The notes beneath the pieces were generated by a model. It had not been told where the DNA came from, made no database searches, and saw nothing but the letters and a program-made list of their open reading frames with translations. DNA of 64,000 nt, from assembly GCA_963555755.3 (NCBI GenBank), contig OY820905.2:832001-896000 (forward strand), read 5' to 3'. Source of the stretch: Nitrospirales bacterium. GTDB taxonomy: Bacteria; Nitrospirota; Nitrospiria; Nitrospirales; UBA8639. Position 1 is the stretch's first letter. Each line of letters starts with the position of its first letter. Below, piece after piece: positions 62,326 to 64,000 of the stretch. The position numbers and the translations under genes were made by a program.

Positions 62326-62364
62326 CCCCCTCACCCTAGCCCTCTCCCCAATGGGGAGAGGGGA
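62326..62364. repeat. REP-like hairpin CCCCCTCACCCTAGCCCTCTCCCC..TGGGGAGAGGG
   Basis: GC-rich palindrome; contains the spurious ATG at 62351. Confidence 0.7.
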
Positions 62365-62374
62365 CAAAAATAAC

Positions 62375-63016
62375 ATGTTTTCATTACCTAAGACTCTACT
62401 CTACATCGCCGATCCCATGTGTTCATGGTGCTGGGGATTTTCTCCGGTGATGGAGGCGATCGGAAAAAAGTATCAGGATCATGTGAACATTCAATTGCTC
62501 GTGGGAGGATTACGGCCAGGCAATACCGAACGGTTTGATGAACACAGACGAGAGTATATTCTGGGCCACTGGCGTGCCGTGCATCAACGAACCGGGCAAC
62601 CGTTCAATTTCGATTTCCAAATGGGTCCAGACTTTACCTACGACACAGAACCCGCTTCCCGAGCCGTGGTCGCTGTGAGAAAACTCCAAGCCGATCAAGT
62701 ATTTCATTTTTTCCAGGACGTTCAACGAGCCTTTTATGTTGAGAATCTCAATGTCACGAAGGTAGAGGTGTTGGCAGATTTAGCATCTTCACGTGGAATC
62801 GATCGGGAACAATTTCTGACCTCATTTCAGAGCGCGGAATTACGAAAAGAAGTATTGGAGGAGTTTGATTCTTGTCGAAAATTGGACATCAGTGGATTTC
62901 CTACTCTCCTTGCTCAAGACGGTCAACAGGCCACGCCTTTAGCTCATGGCTACCAGCCCATTGAGGTGCTCATTCCTTTAATTGACGAAGGGTTGGAAAA
63001 AGCGTCAGTTTTGTAG
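62375..63016 (+). CDS. DsbA-family thioredoxin-fold protein
   Basis: DPMCSWCWGF and cis-Pro GFPTL. Confidence 0.88.
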   Translation: MFSLPKTLLYIADPMCSWCWGFSPVMEAIGKKYQDHVNIQLLVGGLRPGNTERFDEHRREYILGHWRAVHQRTGQPFNFDFQMGPDFTYDTEPASRAVVAVRKLQADQVFHFFQDVQRAFYVENLNVTKVEVLADLASSRGIDREQFLTSFQSAELRKEVLEEFDSCRKLDISGFPTLLAQDGQQATPLAHGYQPIEVLIPLIDEGLEKASVL

Positions 63017-63084
63017 ACATCAGAAACACAATGGAATTGTGGGCGGTGCCTACCCTACATTTATTTCACAACGGAGGCTTCATC

Positions 63085-63720
63085 ATGAAATTCTTTTCTC
63101 AAATCACCCTGCTCGCCGTCACCTTTTCATTGTTTGTGTTGGGAACATCACACAATTCCCACGCTGAAATGGCCCGATGGAACGTGGATCACGCCCACTC
63201 TACCGTAGGCTTTCAAGTGGCGCATATGGTCATTTCCAAAACGAATGGAAAGTTCACCGAGTATAGCGGTTTTATTGAAATGGATGCCGTGACTCAAAAG
63301 GTCAAGGCAATTGAAGTCGTAATCCAAACCCAGTCAGTGTTTACCGATCACAAAAAACGAGACAAACATCTCCGAAGCCCGGACTTTTTTGATGTCGAGA
63401 AGTTTCCAACGATGACCTATACGATGAAGAGTTACAAGAAAGCCGGCGACACATATACTGTCGTAGGAGAATTGACCTTGCTAGGAATCACCAAAGAAAT
63501 CACCTTGGTCGGCACAATGAACGGCGTTGCGAAAGATCCCTGGGGTAACACCCGTGCAGGCTTTACCGGTAAGGGCACGATCAATCGCAAAGACTATGGC
63601 ATGAAATTTAGCGCCACGTTAGACAACGGCGGACTCCTCGTCGGCGATGAGGTCAAAATCAAATTAGAAATGGAAGTGATAAAAGAGAAACCACCTGCCA
63701 CGAAAACGAAGAAGGGCTAA
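63085..63720 (+). CDS. YceI-family periplasmic protein
   Basis: W.VD.AHS..GF, RD.HLRSPDFFD, G.LTL.G.TK, DPWG..RAGF, INRKDYG. Confidence 0.92.
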   Translation: MKFFSQITLLAVTFSLFVLGTSHNSHAEMARWNVDHAHSTVGFQVAHMVISKTNGKFTEYSGFIEMDAVTQKVKAIEVVIQTQSVFTDHKKRDKHLRSPDFFDVEKFPTMTYTMKSYKKAGDTYTVVGELTLLGITKEITLVGTMNGVAKDPWGNTRAGFTGKGTINRKDYGMKFSATLDNGGLLVGDEVKIKLEMEVIKEKPPATKTKKG

Positions 63721-63722
63721 TC

Positions 63723-63776
63723 ATGAGGCGAACTGCTGTAGTGACAGGAGTTGGGTCGGGGTTAGGCGCTTCCTAA
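63723..63776 (+). pseudogene. N-terminus of a short-chain dehydrogenase interrupted by MITEs
   Basis: MRRTAVVTGVGSGLGAS* (TGxxxGxG), ending at the TAA that flanks element B. Confidence 0.65.
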
Positions 63777-63933
63777 GGGTTCGCGCAAGAATAACTCCCC
63801 ATGTTTGGGCGTCGATCCATCCCGTCTGGCGGCGTTGCTCGTCCTTTCCATACGAGGAGTATGCGCAGTCCTCGCGCCTTGCCAGACAGGTGTCTCAGCA
63901 CCCAAACATGGGGAGTTATTCTTGCGCGAACCC
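63777..63933 (+). mobile_element. Family B MITE
   Basis: 157 bp, long terminal IR, flanked by TAA/TTA. Confidence 0.9.
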
Positions 63934-63936
63934 TTA

Positions 63937-64000
63937 GGACCTGAGAGAAAATAACTTGGACAATATCGCGCCAAGATTTGGGTCGGATTTGGACGGAACG
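63937..64000 (+). mobile_element. Family E MITE, left part (runs off the window)
   Basis: GGACCTGAGAGAAAATAACTTG...; matches the 10246 copy. Confidence 0.85.

Noticed and set aside
1..64000. CRISPR array, tRNA or rRNA genes
   Set aside because: Repeats are dispersed, with no repeat-spacer periodicity, and no cloverleaf or rRNA signature was recognised.

Overview
A 64-kb stretch of bacterial chromosome. Gene content is suggestive of Nitrospirota/Nitrospirales, but that is inference only. Housekeeping and accessory genes include a glycogen/trehalose cluster (glgB, glgC, treY), an RpoD-type sigma factor paralog, ettA, a THUMP methyltransferase, a 1-Cys peroxiredoxin, a cold-shock protein, a 1970-aa repetitive surface protein, peptide deformylase, a potABCD polyamine ABC transporter, two toxin-antitoxin pairs and a MarR-linked pirin/VOC/intradiol-dioxygenase/DsbA/YceI cluster. 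IS elements are an apparently intact ISAs1 whose transposase is fused to a DUF4338/DruA-like domain, a decayed ISNCY, and IS3, ISL3 and IS256 remnants. The main unexplained structure is intergenic: at least eight families of 120-320-bp miniature inverted-repeat elements (labelled A-J here). They have different terminal inverted repeats, often insert at TNA/stop-codon triplets, and nest inside one another (five elements in 9596-10552). Several of them carry the same covarying ERIC-like hairpin core. No rRNA, tRNA or CRISPR array was seen. All family assignments come from motif recognition by eye, not database searches.
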